From a virus: 64,000 nucleotides of DNA. Below the pieces are notes generated by a model, which saw nothing but the letters and a program-made list of their open reading frames with translations, was not told the origin of the DNA and did no database searches. The position numbers and the translations under genes are program-made. This document shows positions 24,593-37,400 of this stretch, in pieces. Location: positions 374 to 64,373 of IMG/VR virus record IMGVR_UViG_3300030390_000232; one strand, written 5' to 3'. The number at the start of each line of letters is the position of its first letter. Within the stretch, counting starts at the first letter, position 1.

Positions 24593-26116
24593 TTATGAGA
24601 AGTTTGCTACTAGCTGTTCATCTTCAGCGCTCAAGTTTATCCCACCTTGGCCGGATATACCAAGGGAGTCTTTCAACGCTTCGTTTACTTCTCGTATTTT
24701 ATCCGCTAGGCCATTCATTTGTAACGCACCCATAATACCTTCTCTTAACTCTTCCTGCGCCTTAGCTAGTTGAGCTTGTAGTTCCTTGTTATCAGGGTCT
24801 TGCATTGCCATCATGCGTAGGCCATCAATACCTGAACCTTTGGTTAACGCCTCAGATATACCCGCTGCTGTCGTTTGAAGTTTAACCGCGTAGTCTTTTA
24901 GGTTACCAACTCTAGCTATGTCTTGTTGTGTCAACGTCTGTAGCTCTATCGCCCACGTTTCTCGTTCTGATAGTGCCCTTGCAAATTCCTGTTTAGCCAT
25001 CTCAGCACTTTCTGCACGTACCGCTTTTGCCGCCCTAGACATAGGAGTATCGGCTAGGTTCATAGCGAAGGTATTAAACCGCTTGGTAAAGTTCGCTTCT
25101 TCCTGTTGCGGTAGCTCAGGTTTATTCTGGCGGTGTTGTTCTAGCGCAGATAGCTGCGGCGGTTTAGGTTTAGCACCTACAGACCCAATACCCTTATCTT
25201 TTGCTTCTACGTTTGGAGCTGCTTCTGGAGCTGGAGCTGGAGCTTCTTCTCCGCCCATTAAGGCATCAGCGCCGAATAGTCCTGCACTGGCTGTACCTGC
25301 GATTCTGCTAGGAGACACAACTCGATCAGGTGATAGCGGCGTACCTTTACGTGTTGCGCCTTGTAGGATGTTAGGGTTAGGTTTACTAACCGCTTTGCTG
25401 CCTAGGCTACGTAACCCTTGTATTGCTTTTGGTGCGATTTTCATTGCACCTTTACCAAGAAAACCTACACCCCTACCTATTGGGGTTGCCATAGCTATTC
25501 CACCCGCGATAGTTCCTGCGGTTGCTAATGGGTTCTCTTTAGCTCTGTCGATAAAACTTTTCTTTTTCTTCTCTTCCTCTACCGAACCACCTTCGGCGTA
25601 GCGCATTAAACCGCCAGTAGCAGCCCTTCGCGTTGGCATACCTTGTGGTGCTGGCATACCTTGTGGTCTTTGTGGCATACCTTGTGGCATACCTTGTTGT
25701 TGAGCTATACCTTGTGGGGGTCTTTGTTGCGGCATGGGTTGTGGCACAGCTCGTTGCTGTTGTTGGGCCACAGCGTTTTTCAACATACCTTTCTGAGCCT
25801 TGCCCTGCGCTCTCTGGTTTACTTCTTGCCCAGTCTTAGCGTCACCCATAACTTGTTGCATGGCGAGATTCATTACTTCTTCTTCGCGCTGCTGCATTAT
25901 ATTCTTAGGGGACTGCTCCATCTGCATTTGAGTATTTCTTTGCGCAGCCTCGTAGTCAGACTTAACTTGCTGTAAAGCAATAGCCTTAACCATGTCCGTG
26001 GGTTGCTTCTTACCCCCACCAAGTTCGCCCTCTAGTCTTTTAGGGTTACCCGCATTTACACCAGCGGTCTTATCAACTGCCCCTAAAAAGTTACCTATAC
26101 CACCTGTCATCGCCAT
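24593..26116 (-). CDS. putative internal virion / ejection protein (507 aa)
   Basis: Q/P/M-rich PQGM repeats; ATGGLMRYAEGGSV motif; position in the late operon. Confidence 0.6.
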   Translation of the reverse strand: MAMTGGIGNFLGAVDKTAGVNAGNPKRLEGELGGGKKQPTDMVKAIALQQVKSDYEAAQRNTQMQMEQSPKNIMQQREEEVMNLAMQQVMGDAKTGQEVNQRAQGKAQKGMLKNAVAQQQQRAVPQPMPQQRPPQGIAQQQGMPQGMPQRPQGMPAPQGMPTRRAATGGLMRYAEGGSVEEEKKKKSFIDRAKENPLATAGTIAGGIAMATPIGRGVGFLGKGAMKIAPKAIQGLRSLGSKAVSKPNPNILQGATRKGTPLSPDRVVSPSRIAGTASAGLFGADALMGGEEAPAPAPEAAPNVEAKDKGIGSVGAKPKPPQLSALEQHRQNKPELPQQEEANFTKRFNTFAMNLADTPMSRAAKAVRAESAEMAKQEFARALSERETWAIELQTLTQQDIARVGNLKDYAVKLQTTAAGISEALTKGSGIDGLRMMAMQDPDNKELQAQLAKAQEELREGIMGALQMNGLADKIREVNEALKDSLGISGQGGINLSAEDEQLVANFS

Positions 26117-26151
26117 AATATGTGCTCTGTTCTTAAATTTTAATTAAGTAG

Positions 26152-28434
26152 TTATTCTGAACCACCAACGCCACCAAACAACTCATTAATAGACCCCGTA
26201 TTAGCCAGTAGTGTCGCTAGGTCACTGTCTGAACTAGCTTGCTGAGCTGTAGAGCCAAGTGGTAAATACTGCAACATGTCGTTTAAGTACTGAGGAACCT
26301 TAGCTTCATAGTCACGCTCATCTTCAAACGCGGTTCTGTCGGCATCAATGTTTCGTTGGAGTATATCCGTCTGAGTCTGCCCTAGATCAGCCTGTTGCTG
26401 TATGGTGTCTAAACCGAACTGACGGTCTTCGCCGAACTGATTACGTGCATTCTCGTAGGCTGTGTTGTAGCCTTTTGCTACAATGTCTGCTTGGTTCTGC
26501 GCCGAATCTCGTGCCAGCATAGCACTCATAATCGCGTTTCGAGAACCACCGAATGACCCTGATTGCGCCATGCGTACGTTCTGTTCAGCCTCCTGCCTAG
26601 CTGCTTCTTCTCGTGCTGCACGAAGCTGCGGGTTAAGAGAACCTTGGATGTAAGGGTTCATTAAACCCCCCTCAGTAATAGGGTTACCATACTGATCTGT
26701 TCCACCAGTAGCGGTGCCCATTAGTTCTTCATTACTAAGCTCACCAAACCCGCGAGTATCAATGTTACCTGCGGAAGTAAACGCTTGGTCTTGTAGCGCA
26801 GAAGAACCGGCAGTCAATATGCCCGCTTCGTCTAGCTCTGAACCAGTTACTTCACCAGTATCGGGGTCAACTATGTCTGTATAAGTAGCACCGTAGCCAT
26901 CATAGGCTTCATACGGGCTATCCCCCACAGCTTCTGCTTTACCTAACATGTTAGTTAAGTAGTCGCCCATTATAGGGCTAAACGTACTGTCTACACCCGA
27001 AACTGGGCCGCCTTCTTGAAACTTCTTAACTTGACCGCCATTTGCAAAGCCAATACCTTGTGCATTGAGTCCTGCTACTTCTTTCTTAGCGTTAATTTCT
27101 TTACCTTGATTTTCAGTGCCCGTACGCTTTTTACGAATATCACGCATGAAGCCTTCTAAAATTTTAGCACCCGCTTCAGAATTACCATTACCTAAGTGAG
27201 ATACAACGTCAGCAGTTATAACAAACTCGCCATCACTTAGCGCAGCGGGTTGGTCACCTCCTATAGTAGCGGGCACTTCGTCGGCCATACCATCGGTAGA
27301 CCCATTTAGGTACCCTATGCCTTGCATACTAGGATTACTTACATTCTTAGCGAATTTCTTTAGTCTACCACCGACACCACCGCCGTTATTATATTTCATA
27401 ACTTTACCACCCGTTGCTAATCCTGCTTGGCCAGCTACACCACCTAGCGTGTTGGCCTGATTCCTAGCCTGAGCTTGCGCGACTTCTAAGTTTGTGAAGT
27501 ACTCAGCATCACTTGCAAGTTCCCGCCCTGTATCGTCGTACGACTTGTCTTCCTGCTGTGTACCTAACTCCGTAATCAAGTACCCGTCATCATTAAATAT
27601 AGCACCTTCGTTAGCAAGTTCGGTCGCATAACCTTCGTCATCGTAAACAGCGTCAGCATCATAAGCACTAATCGCTGCTTGATCTACTTGTCGCCCAGTA
27701 TTGGGGTCAATAAAAGTTAAAGTGCCGTTGTCGTCGTAGTAATCGAGTCCGTATATATTTCGGCCCGCGAAAGTACTATAAGCAGGGTCGTCTACCATCT
27801 CGCCAAACGTTGGAGAGTCAGGGTCTACGTCTTCCACCTGTGGGATTTGGTAAGCGTCACCTAATATTTGGTTGCCGCCTGCCACGCGTTCTCTTTGCCC
27901 TAAGAATGCAGCTTTCTCATCAGGGATGAATATCCTACGCCCGTCCGCTGTGTAGCCATATTGTGAGGGGTTAACTGCTTGTTCGGCAGGAGTGTAAACT
28001 TTATCGCCCGCTACCAAGTCTCTGTACTGTGCACCAAGGGTATCTTTTGTGTAGATTGTTGGGTCGTCAGCTAGTACGGCAGCTCTCTTCTCTCTACCAC
28101 TAAGGCCGCCAGCGTCCTCTATATATTTAGCATCGGAGAAGAATCGACGTGCTTTAGCGCCGCCTAAACCCGGTCTGCCTGCCGCATCTTTTGGTATGTT
28201 ACGTGCCGCTACGGGGTTCACACGTTCACGTACCATGGTGTAGTCTGGGATAGACCCTTGGTACCCTACCTTAGCAGGATTACGGGCAAGCTCATCACCA
28301 AAAGCAGAGGACAGGCCCAAAGAAAGTAGTGTCTGTGCTCCTTCTTTACTGGTACCCCAACTATAAAAATCCCCGCCTAACTCTCTGACACTGCCGCCAA
28401 AGTCATCGTACGCTTGCTTTAAACTAAAACCCAT
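26152..28434 (-). CDS. putative internal virion / pilot protein (760 aa)
   Basis: GG motifs flanking a GYLNGSTDGMAD...LSDGEFVI domain; GSFGGSR segment typical of ejection proteins. Confidence 0.6.
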   Translation of the reverse strand: MGFSLKQAYDDFGGSVRELGGDFYSWGTSKEGAQTLLSLGLSSAFGDELARNPAKVGYQGSIPDYTMVRERVNPVAARNIPKDAAGRPGLGGAKARRFFSDAKYIEDAGGLSGREKRAAVLADDPTIYTKDTLGAQYRDLVAGDKVYTPAEQAVNPSQYGYTADGRRIFIPDEKAAFLGQRERVAGGNQILGDAYQIPQVEDVDPDSPTFGEMVDDPAYSTFAGRNIYGLDYYDDNGTLTFIDPNTGRQVDQAAISAYDADAVYDDEGYATELANEGAIFNDDGYLITELGTQQEDKSYDDTGRELASDAEYFTNLEVAQAQARNQANTLGGVAGQAGLATGGKVMKYNNGGGVGGRLKKFAKNVSNPSMQGIGYLNGSTDGMADEVPATIGGDQPAALSDGEFVITADVVSHLGNGNSEAGAKILEGFMRDIRKKRTGTENQGKEINAKKEVAGLNAQGIGFANGGQVKKFQEGGPVSGVDSTFSPIMGDYLTNMLGKAEAVGDSPYEAYDGYGATYTDIVDPDTGEVTGSELDEAGILTAGSSALQDQAFTSAGNIDTRGFGELSNEELMGTATGGTDQYGNPITEGGLMNPYIQGSLNPQLRAAREEAARQEAEQNVRMAQSGSFGGSRNAIMSAMLARDSAQNQADIVAKGYNTAYENARNQFGEDRQFGLDTIQQQADLGQTQTDILQRNIDADRTAFEDERDYEAKVPQYLNDMLQYLPLGSTAQQASSDSDLATLLANTGSINELFGGVGGSE

Positions 28435-28440
28435 AATTTC

Positions 28441-31400
28441 TTACTCCAACCCTAGCAAAGCTAGTAGCTCATCTGATTCATCTGTTATAAGGCCACCAGT
28501 TGCGGCTGCTTTAGTACTTTGTTCCGGCTCTGGACTGTACCCACCGTAAGGAGATATTTTCTCGCGGTCGGCTTCTTCTTGTTCGCTTGAGAAAATAGAT
28601 TCCCAGTTGTATCTTTGTTTAAACGGCGCTACATGTGGCTCTACAGCAGCCTGTTGTGGTTGACTAGCTGCTAAAGAGTACAATAGAGAACGTTTTTCTG
28701 CATCTTGCTGCGCTTGTATTTGCGCTTGTATTTGCGTATTAGTCTGCGTATTAATGTCCGCTTGTGTTTGCGCGTCAATCGCAGCTTGGTCTATAATCGC
28801 TTGGTTAGCCGCAGCTTGGTTACGATTTTGTTGGTCGAGTATACCAAAAACGCCAGTACTAGCAAACCTAGAACCTTCTGACAACCCCTCAACAACATTA
28901 TTATATGCAGCATCTACACCACCGTATAATTCGGTCAATAAATCAACATCTGCTTGGTCTATATACCCGTCGTTGTTTACATCATAACTATCGACTTGCC
29001 CCTCTGCATATGTAGGAGCAGGGTCAGCTAGAGGTAGGTACGTACCCTCAAATTCGCCGAATATAGACGTTGCCATGTCTATGTCATCTTGAGTTACCAA
29101 GTCGGCAGGCTTACCTAAGAGGTCAGCTACTTGTTGTACCGTAGTGTCAGACGCAAAGTCAGCTTGGCCTACGTATTCGTATACAGCATCTATTGCTTGT
29201 AATACTTCAGCGTTGACGCCCGTTCCTGACTGAGCGTATATCCCAGTTGCAGGTGTAAGAACAGTAACGCCGTCTCCGGCATACGTAGCGGGCACACCAA
29301 CTGCCCCTTGTAACGCAGCAATCGCTTCTTCGTTGGTTAAAACACCTTGAGCGACTTGGTCGATAATACCGTAGATACCAGTTGCCGATACGACTACATC
29401 GTCTTCGGTTCCAAGTATCCCATCTTCCCCTGCGGTAGTGGTGCCCTGCGTACCGAACGCGTCTTGTATATCTCCTACTTCATCTTGTAGGTCGCCTACA
29501 TCCCCTTCTAAATCGGCTATGTTAGCCCAGATACCAGTTGCTTCTTGGTCACCTGTTGCTTGCGTACCAAACGCTGCCTCTAGGTCATCGAACTTGTTAG
29601 AGTTATCACCGATTAGTTTGAGTAACGCATCTTCGGCTATACCAAGGTCGTCAGCTACCTTAGATACTGCTTGGTCTAACGAACCACCGTCGGCCAACGC
29701 ACCGTTTAATTGGTCTTGTAACTGACTAACAGTAAGGGATAAGTCACCTACGTCACTTACTAGCGTGTCCATTCGGCCAGCTACGTATGCTGGTATAGTA
29801 GTACCTATGTCACCATCAGGCAGAAGACCCATGTAACGTGCTATCTCTGCATCTGTAGGGTTGTAGTTCTCCCCAAAGGCTGCTATCACCTCTTCCTCTG
29901 TAGTAGTAGCAGCGTCTACTTTAGTACCTAGGGTTGTTGGGTCGTACTGCCCAGCAAGTCCCATACCAAGGAGTTGGTCGTCAGTTATTACGTAATTGCC
30001 ATCAAGGTCTTGCTCGTATGCGTCTACACCAGCTATACCATTTAGCGCCTCACGTGCTGCATCTGCTTGTACGTAGTTGTCCTCTACGTGAGTTTGTACT
30101 AGACCTCCTAACGTGGTGTCGTCCGCAACACCCGGCGTTACGCCCAAAGGTGTTTGGGCAAAGTCAAAGTAAGAGTACCCGCCCATCTCAGCGTCTATCT
30201 CAGCTTGCGTGATTATGTACCGATCTATTAGCTCGTCTTCTGGGTTGTCTACTAATTCACCCTGCGTAGTAGGTGTGCCTGCGTCGCCTTTGTCTACTAC
30301 TAGCTGGTCAACTAAACTCTGAAACTGCGGGTGGTCTGCGGTTATACCTTGCGCAGCTAACGCATCAATGGCTTGCTGCTCAGTAAACTGTCTTTCAGCT
30401 ATCCACGCGTCACGTCCGGCGGAGTCTAAGCCCTGTACCTCGGCTATATCGGCATTAGAAGCATCTGCCCACCCTTTAGTGCCTAAGTCTGCCGCAATCT
30501 GATTCTGTGCCGTGGTTCTATTACTAGCCTTAAAGCCACCTAACGCGTCGTCTAAATCAACATCTAAACCTGTTAAGCCATCAAAGCTAAAGTCTTCACC
30601 TAGTGTGTAGTCTGATAAGTAGTCTCGTACCTCCTGCTCGCTAGTTATGTCGGTTTCTACTTGGGTTTTACCCGTTGCATCAGCGTCTGTATTACCGTCT
30701 AACTGTACTACCCCGTCTAGGTAAGTACCGTAAACCTCTTCGTCTATTTCGCCAACACTTATACCTAACTCAGCAGCTAAATCAGCTTTAGCCTCTGCAC
30801 GTGTGTACTGCCTAGATTTTTTATACGCGTCTACTGCGTAGGGTATTGCCGTTTCCCAAGAAAAATCAGACTGTCCCTCTCCTCTAGGTAAGAACCCAGC
30901 ATAGTCAAAACCCGCAGGCATTGTTAAGCCTGTAGCTGCTAACGCATCTTTTATAGTTTGTGTATCGGCTGCTGTTTGACGCTCTGCATCTACCCCACTA
31001 CGATACTCAGCCGTAGTTGTACCTAGGTCAATACCTAAACCTGTACCCGCAAATGCAGATATTTCTTCTTCTGTAGGTGTATAACCTAAACCTTCTAAAT
31101 ACGATCTAACATCAGCGTCGTTAGTTATATCGGTTTCTACTTGGGTTCTACCCGTTGCATCAGCGTCTGTATCACCGTCTAACTGTACTACCCCGTCTAA
31201 GAAAGAGTCGTAAACCCCATTGTCTATTTCTTCTTGGGTGAGTGATCTACCTAATTCAGTTTCTAAATCAGCTATAGCTTCTGTACGTGTGTACTGCCTA
31301 GATTTTTTATACGCATTTACTGCGTAGGGTATTGCCGTTTCCCAAGAAAAATCAGACTGTCCCTCTCCTCTAGGTAAGAACCCAGCATAGTCAAAACCCG

Positions 31401-34400
31401 CAGGCATTGTTAAGCCTGTAGCTGCTAACGCATCTTTTATAGTTTGTGTATCGGCTGCTGTTTGACGATCTGCGTCTACACCACTACGATAAGTGCCCGT
31501 AGCTGCACCAAGGTCGGTATTTAAACCTGTACCCGCAAATGCAAGTAACTGTTCGTCGGTCAAAACACCATCGTAACCTAACCCGTCTAGGTACGATCTA
31601 ACATCGGCAGTGTTAGTTATATCGGTTTCTACTTTACCTTTACCCTGTACATCAGTTCTAGCGCCGGTCATATCTACTAGGCTGTCTAGGTAAACACCGT
31701 AAGTTTCTTCGTCTATATCACCAACACTTATACCTAACTCAGCAGCTAAATCAGCTTTAGCCTCTTCACGTGTGTACTGCTTAGGTTCTAAGTATGCAGC
31801 TACACCTTCGTTGTTGTTTAGGTAATTGGTAATCTCTGCTTCGCTAGGGTTGTAGTCCCCAAACGCAGTTATAGTGTCGGCACGTTTTGTTACCTCTTGC
31901 CCGACTAATGTCCCTACATATGATTCAAACGCGGCGGTTGTATACCCTTCTTCCTCGCGCCCTTCCCTAGCGTTCTCTATACCAAGCAAGGTGCTCGTGT
32001 AGGAATCTATTAACTCCTGACGTTTAGCAGGCGTAAGTGTGGTACCTAAAGCGTTAACTTGATTAGTTACTAGATCACGTATGGTGCTTTCGCTAAGATA
32101 CGTAAATTCCGGTGGGGGTGTATAGGTTGTGTCAATATAGCCGTTTTCATCGACGCCTGCCGCTGCTACATATGCTTCAAACGCGGCTATGTTATCAGCT
32201 TGGCTTGTTCTACCAAAAGTAAAGAGGTCGTTAACGTCTTCTTCGGCTATTTTATTAGTCGTAACCACTGTACCGTCTTCACGAACTTGACCAGTGGGTT
32301 TAGCGTATACATATACCCTAGGTTGCACATTAGCTAGATGGTATTTTTCATACCCAAGGGATCTCATGAGGATTACAACATCTTCCTCATCGGTAAATGA
32401 TCTTAGGAGTTCCTGTATTGACCTATCGTTTACTCTATTGTTGTCTTCATCTAAGGTAAATGAAGTACCAACGTATGCAGCTAATTCTCCTGCGGTAGGG
32501 TTATAGTTGGCCCCAAGTTTTTCTCTATACGCGGCGGTTACTTCCTCTGTTGTATTTATTACGCCGTCTAAGTACGTGCTTAGTAACTCAGAATTAAATG
32601 AATATCTTTCTGCTGTAAAAGCAGCCTCTAGGTTGGCATCTATATCCTGTCTTGTCGCACCATAAGCATCGCCCATAGAAGCGTAGAACTCATCTTCTGT
32701 GAGTCCATAGTCGTTTATCATTGCCGACTTAAACTCGTTGTAAGTTAAAGCCGAGTCGCCTGTGTCTCCACCAGTATCGCCGCCTGTGTCTCCACCAGTA
32801 TCGCCGCCTGTGTCTCCACCAGTATCTCCACCAGTATCTCCACCAGTATCGCCGCCTGTGTCTCCACCAGTATCTCCACCAGTATCGCCGCCTGTGTCTC
32901 CACCAGTATCATCAATTGATTCGTCGCGGTCAGCTTGCTCTTGCGCTATGCGGGCTATCTCGGCTTCTACTCTAGCTCTGTTAGTGCCTGAGTTTAGCGT
33001 AGCAGTCATAGCAGCTTCAGAGCTAGCGCTGGTCGCGTTCGCTCCCGTAATTATTGCTTGTATGTCTGCGGCTGTAGGGTTGTAGTTTGGGTAAAGTCTA
33101 GCGTACTCAGCGGCTGCTTCTTCCGCAGATATAACCATACCGTCAAATAGGGTAGCGTACTGTTGTTTAAACTGCGCCTGAGTCTTATTGTTGTAGTCTA
33201 AAGAGGCTTGTAGTTGTGTAGCATAGTCTTGCGCGTAGTTGTAGGCTTGCTCTTCTGTCCACCCTAGGTCGTCTTGGACAAACTGCTTCCACTCGTCAAT
33301 AGTCATCTTACTATCAGCGGAGTCTGGAGTGACAATTTGTGTGGCCTCTCGCAATGCCGTAGCCTGTATGTCAGCAGCACTTGTAGTTATCAAATCATCT
33401 GCCGACATGCTAGTCGTTAGCAGTGCTTGTAAATCTGCATCGGTAGGTTCGTAGTCGGGGAAGTTGGTGCTAAAAAAGTCTACGGCGTCTTGTAGACTAA
33501 TAGCGTTGCTAAATTTATTGTTTTCGTTATTTAGTATTTCCCAGTTATTTCCATACTCAAAAAACTCCCCGTTATCAATTTTAGTGGCAAGCTCTTCAGG
33601 GGTCATACTGTATATAAGTTCATCAGCTTGTTCCCGCGTCCAACCGTTTTTAGTCAACTCGGCACGCATAAAAAGGTCTACAAGCGCAAAGTCTTCCGGG
33701 TTACTGCCTAGGTCGGTAGTGCCACCACTAAATTCTTCCTGTATTGGTGGGGGGTTGTCTCCATAAGCTGACCGTGACCCATAAATACTATCGGCGGGGT
33801 TTGCCCACGCATTGTCACTTGCAATACCTGCCCAAACTATTTCTTCATCGAGGCTAGGGTTATACTTAAAGTTAGAAGTTCCTTTCACCCACGCACGGAA
33901 GAAACCTACCTCTCTCCCATCGTCGTTATATTCTCTACCCGGTACTTGGTCTTCTGGAGCGGTAACATACGGTGATACATATAAACTGTTGCGGGCCATT
34001 CGTGAACCCGTTTTATTGTATATAGCGTCTACGTAGGTTAGCCAACCATGCACGGGGCTATAGTAGTGTAATTGGCCTGTGGTAGGTTCGCGCACGCTAT
34101 TATTGCCTGCAATTATAACTCGATCTAAGTCTTCCCACGCTTCCTCGGGTATGTTTTGTGCCCGCCAGACTACTTCTGAAACGTCCAAGTTAATCGAACT
34201 TGTGGTGCCCTGAAACTGTACTTGCTCTAAAAAAGTTCGGCTAGGAGTAAAACTAGCTCCGTATTTAGCGGCTATTAAGTCCCTAGCGGACGCCTCACTT
34301 ATCCTAAAGGTGTTATCACCGTTTGCATCAAGTAAGTTCGCTTGCGTAACGGAGTAAAACGGATTTTCTGTCCAATTAGCGTACGTTCTAAACCCGTCCT

Positions 34401-37400
34401 TAGCCTCGGGATAAGTAATATGCGCTTGCCGTAGGAGTGACGGAAATACCCGCGCTAGCAGGTCGGGGCCGGGGAGGTAGGCGGTTTCTCTTTGTTCCGC
34501 ATCAAAGTCTGGGTGAGCGGTAAAACTACCGTTAATGTTATTAGAGTACCCTAGTTCTCGGCCTTTTTCTCGCCCACGTGTATCTGAGTAGATAAGATCA
34601 TATATACGCCAACCATACTGGGTCCTAGTAACAAGGTTACCATCCTGATCGTAATATCGAAGGTTCTTTTGAGATTGCTGTACGAGGTATTTCTGGCCTG
34701 AGCCGGGGTCTGTAATCTCCCACCCGAAGCCCTCATCATTCGCGTATTGAGGACCTGTATAGTCACTTATATAAGCGGAATCGGCACCAAAAGTAAGCCC
34801 TTGCTTCTCTAAGTCTGCAATGTGCTTGTTCGTAAATGCGCTTACAGAAAGTATTTGGTCGCCGTTTTCAAGTTCTTCAAACTCATTAGCAAAATACCCC
34901 GGCGTATTCTTCGCCATATCTTCAAGGGTGACATCTTTTATAAAGTTAACGCCATCAAACAGTGTGTCGTTATGTACGGAACGTAGCCCTCCCGCGACAG
35001 AAGCATCACCATTGGCAAACGTGTACACCTCTGAAACTCCCCCATCAGGGTTAGTTAAAGTTAGAGATAATATGTTGTTAAGGTTTTCTACGTGTTTATT
35101 ATACTTCGCTTCAAACGCAGTTTCTGATAGGCGTACACCTTCGTAATCTAGTAACCCCGGTGCCGCAGTTGGCCCTCGTGTACCGTAAGATTTGTAACGT
35201 CGCCAGTTGTCTATAACTTCGCGGTCAATATTTAGTTGGGCGCGGGTAACAAGTTCTCCGGGATTTACCTTACTATCAAACGCTTGTTTAAAGGTACCGT
35301 TTTTCCCTACTAAAAATTTACTGCCTGTTAAATTATCAGTAAATGAGTCCCCTACACTAAGCTGTCTTTGACTCCCGCCCGTGATTGATATATCTACCGG
35401 AGACACACCTACCCACCTACCGCCTGACGCACTAGGGAGATACTGATATGAAGTCCTAGAAGCGGGGTCGTAATGTACGACGTCTACCGCGTTTGCATCT
35501 TGAGCTACAGTAGGGAAGTTGTCAAAGTTAGGGGGTGGTAACTCCCCAAAGCTAGTATCTGAGTTGTCATTTGGAGTTTGTACAACACTACCTGAGTAGT
35601 TAGCGTCATTAGCGGCACCTATTAATGCGCTTGCAGTATCAAAGTCTAGCCCAATGTCTGAAAAAGCGTCATACAGGTCGCGCTCCCCACCATCGTACAT
35701 CGACATCCCACCTACAGCCCGCACAGTATCCGCGTTAATGTTGAGGAGCAAGTTAGCCATTGGGTTGCCAGTATCGTACTGGTCTTGCCTACCTGTAAGC
35801 GTTCCAAAAGAAGGTAACTCGTTATCTAAAAGCGAGCCTATACCTTCTAGCGTACCTGTAACTGGGCCAGCTATAACCGCACCCATAAAACCGTTAAACA
35901 GGACATTACCTGTAACATTACGGTCGGGGTCCCACTTTAATAACATACCCTCTAAGTTGTTGGTTATAAATGCTTCTTCAGCGAACTCTGCTATGGTTTC
36001 TTTACCTGCTACCTTGCCAGTTTTTGTTATCCAAGCGTCAAACTGGGTAGCTAATTTAGTCGCGTACGCATCGTATGCTTTTATAGTTTCAGTAATCGAC
36101 GCGGCGTCATCAAACTTATTACCAAGTCTAGCCCTTTCAAGTGCAAGTCCCCCCACACCCATTAAAGCGGCGGTAGTCATAGCAGCAAAATAGCCATTTC
36201 TCTGGGCTATATCCATGGCGTAAGCGTCAGCCATTTCGGTGATCCGCTGGTTGGTATAGTCGTAGTACCCGGCGTCTCGACGTTCTGTAATTATGTCCTT
36301 TATTAGGGCGAACGACTCGTCGTATGCCCCTCCTGCTGTGCCGCCAGCACTTTCGGCAATGTCTAATGCAGCTGCGGTAGTTAAACCTGTACGGGCGGCC
36401 CACACCTCCGCTTGATCTTTAGCGTATTTTTTAGCTGCTGCCTTACCAACTACTGCACCTAGCCCGCCCGCAGCTAGTGTTACTGACTCTTCTACAAGCT
36501 CGCTATATAGTATTTCACCTAAAAACGCTGCGGGTTGTTCGTCGTATGCCCCTCCGATTATCTGCATAGTGCCCCACACAGCCTCATTAACATAGGGAGT
36601 ACTAGGGTCGTCTTCGGCGCGAACAGCCATCAATTCGTTTAATTCTTTAGCTTTTGCTTTCCACTCTTCTGTTTTAGCGCCTTCAGCTAGGGTCATAACA
36701 TCTTTGGCCCATTGGTTTAGGCGTGTGTTCTCTATATATGCACTGTCTATATCGTGGTCAATTCCAGAAGCGTCAAGGCCGCCAGCTACTACGTATAACA
36801 TACCGTTAAAGGATTGAGATATATTAGCTATCGCTCCGTCTGTAATCGCTAACATGTTAACGACGCCGTCTGAAATGTTTTCGTATACTTGAGCGCCACG
36901 TGTATCTTCAAAATCTAACGGGACTTCGGCTCTTGTAGCTATATTAGCCTCATAAAAACTATTTATATCCTCGATGAGATCACTGGTGGTGTAGTTCCTA
37001 AACGCTGCTATATTTTCAGCGCTTTTTTCTTTGTGCGACTCAATAATCTTGCCAAAAGTGTACGCTGACGTACCAACAAACCTTTTACTGCCTTCTATTG
37101 TTGCGTCAATTTTTGCTTCAACGTACGCATTCCTATCGGCTAACGCCACTTCAGACTCATCTAAGTCCGCTAGAAAATCATTCTTTAAGTTTGTGCCTAT
37201 ACTACCCATGAACCCCCAAAAAGTTTCTGGGTTTTCTCTTTGTAGCTCTGCTAGGGTTACTCCCCCTTCAACGACAGTAGTTGGTCTACCAGAGAATACG
37301 TCCCACATAGTGACGTCTTTACCTTCGTCATTAGTTAGCTTAGATACGTACTCTTTACGTCCGGTAACTGGGTTGTACCCTATGCCACCGCCTGTTATTA

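Noticed and set aside
25633-25760. PQGM repeats as a separate element
   Set aside because: Ordinary low-complexity coding linker within the 507-aa protein
30640-31785. Near-identical repeats as a DGR template/variable pair
   Set aside because: No reverse transcriptase; the differences I compared (GAC versus AAT) include a C/T change and so are not adenine-specific; both copies lie in one ORF
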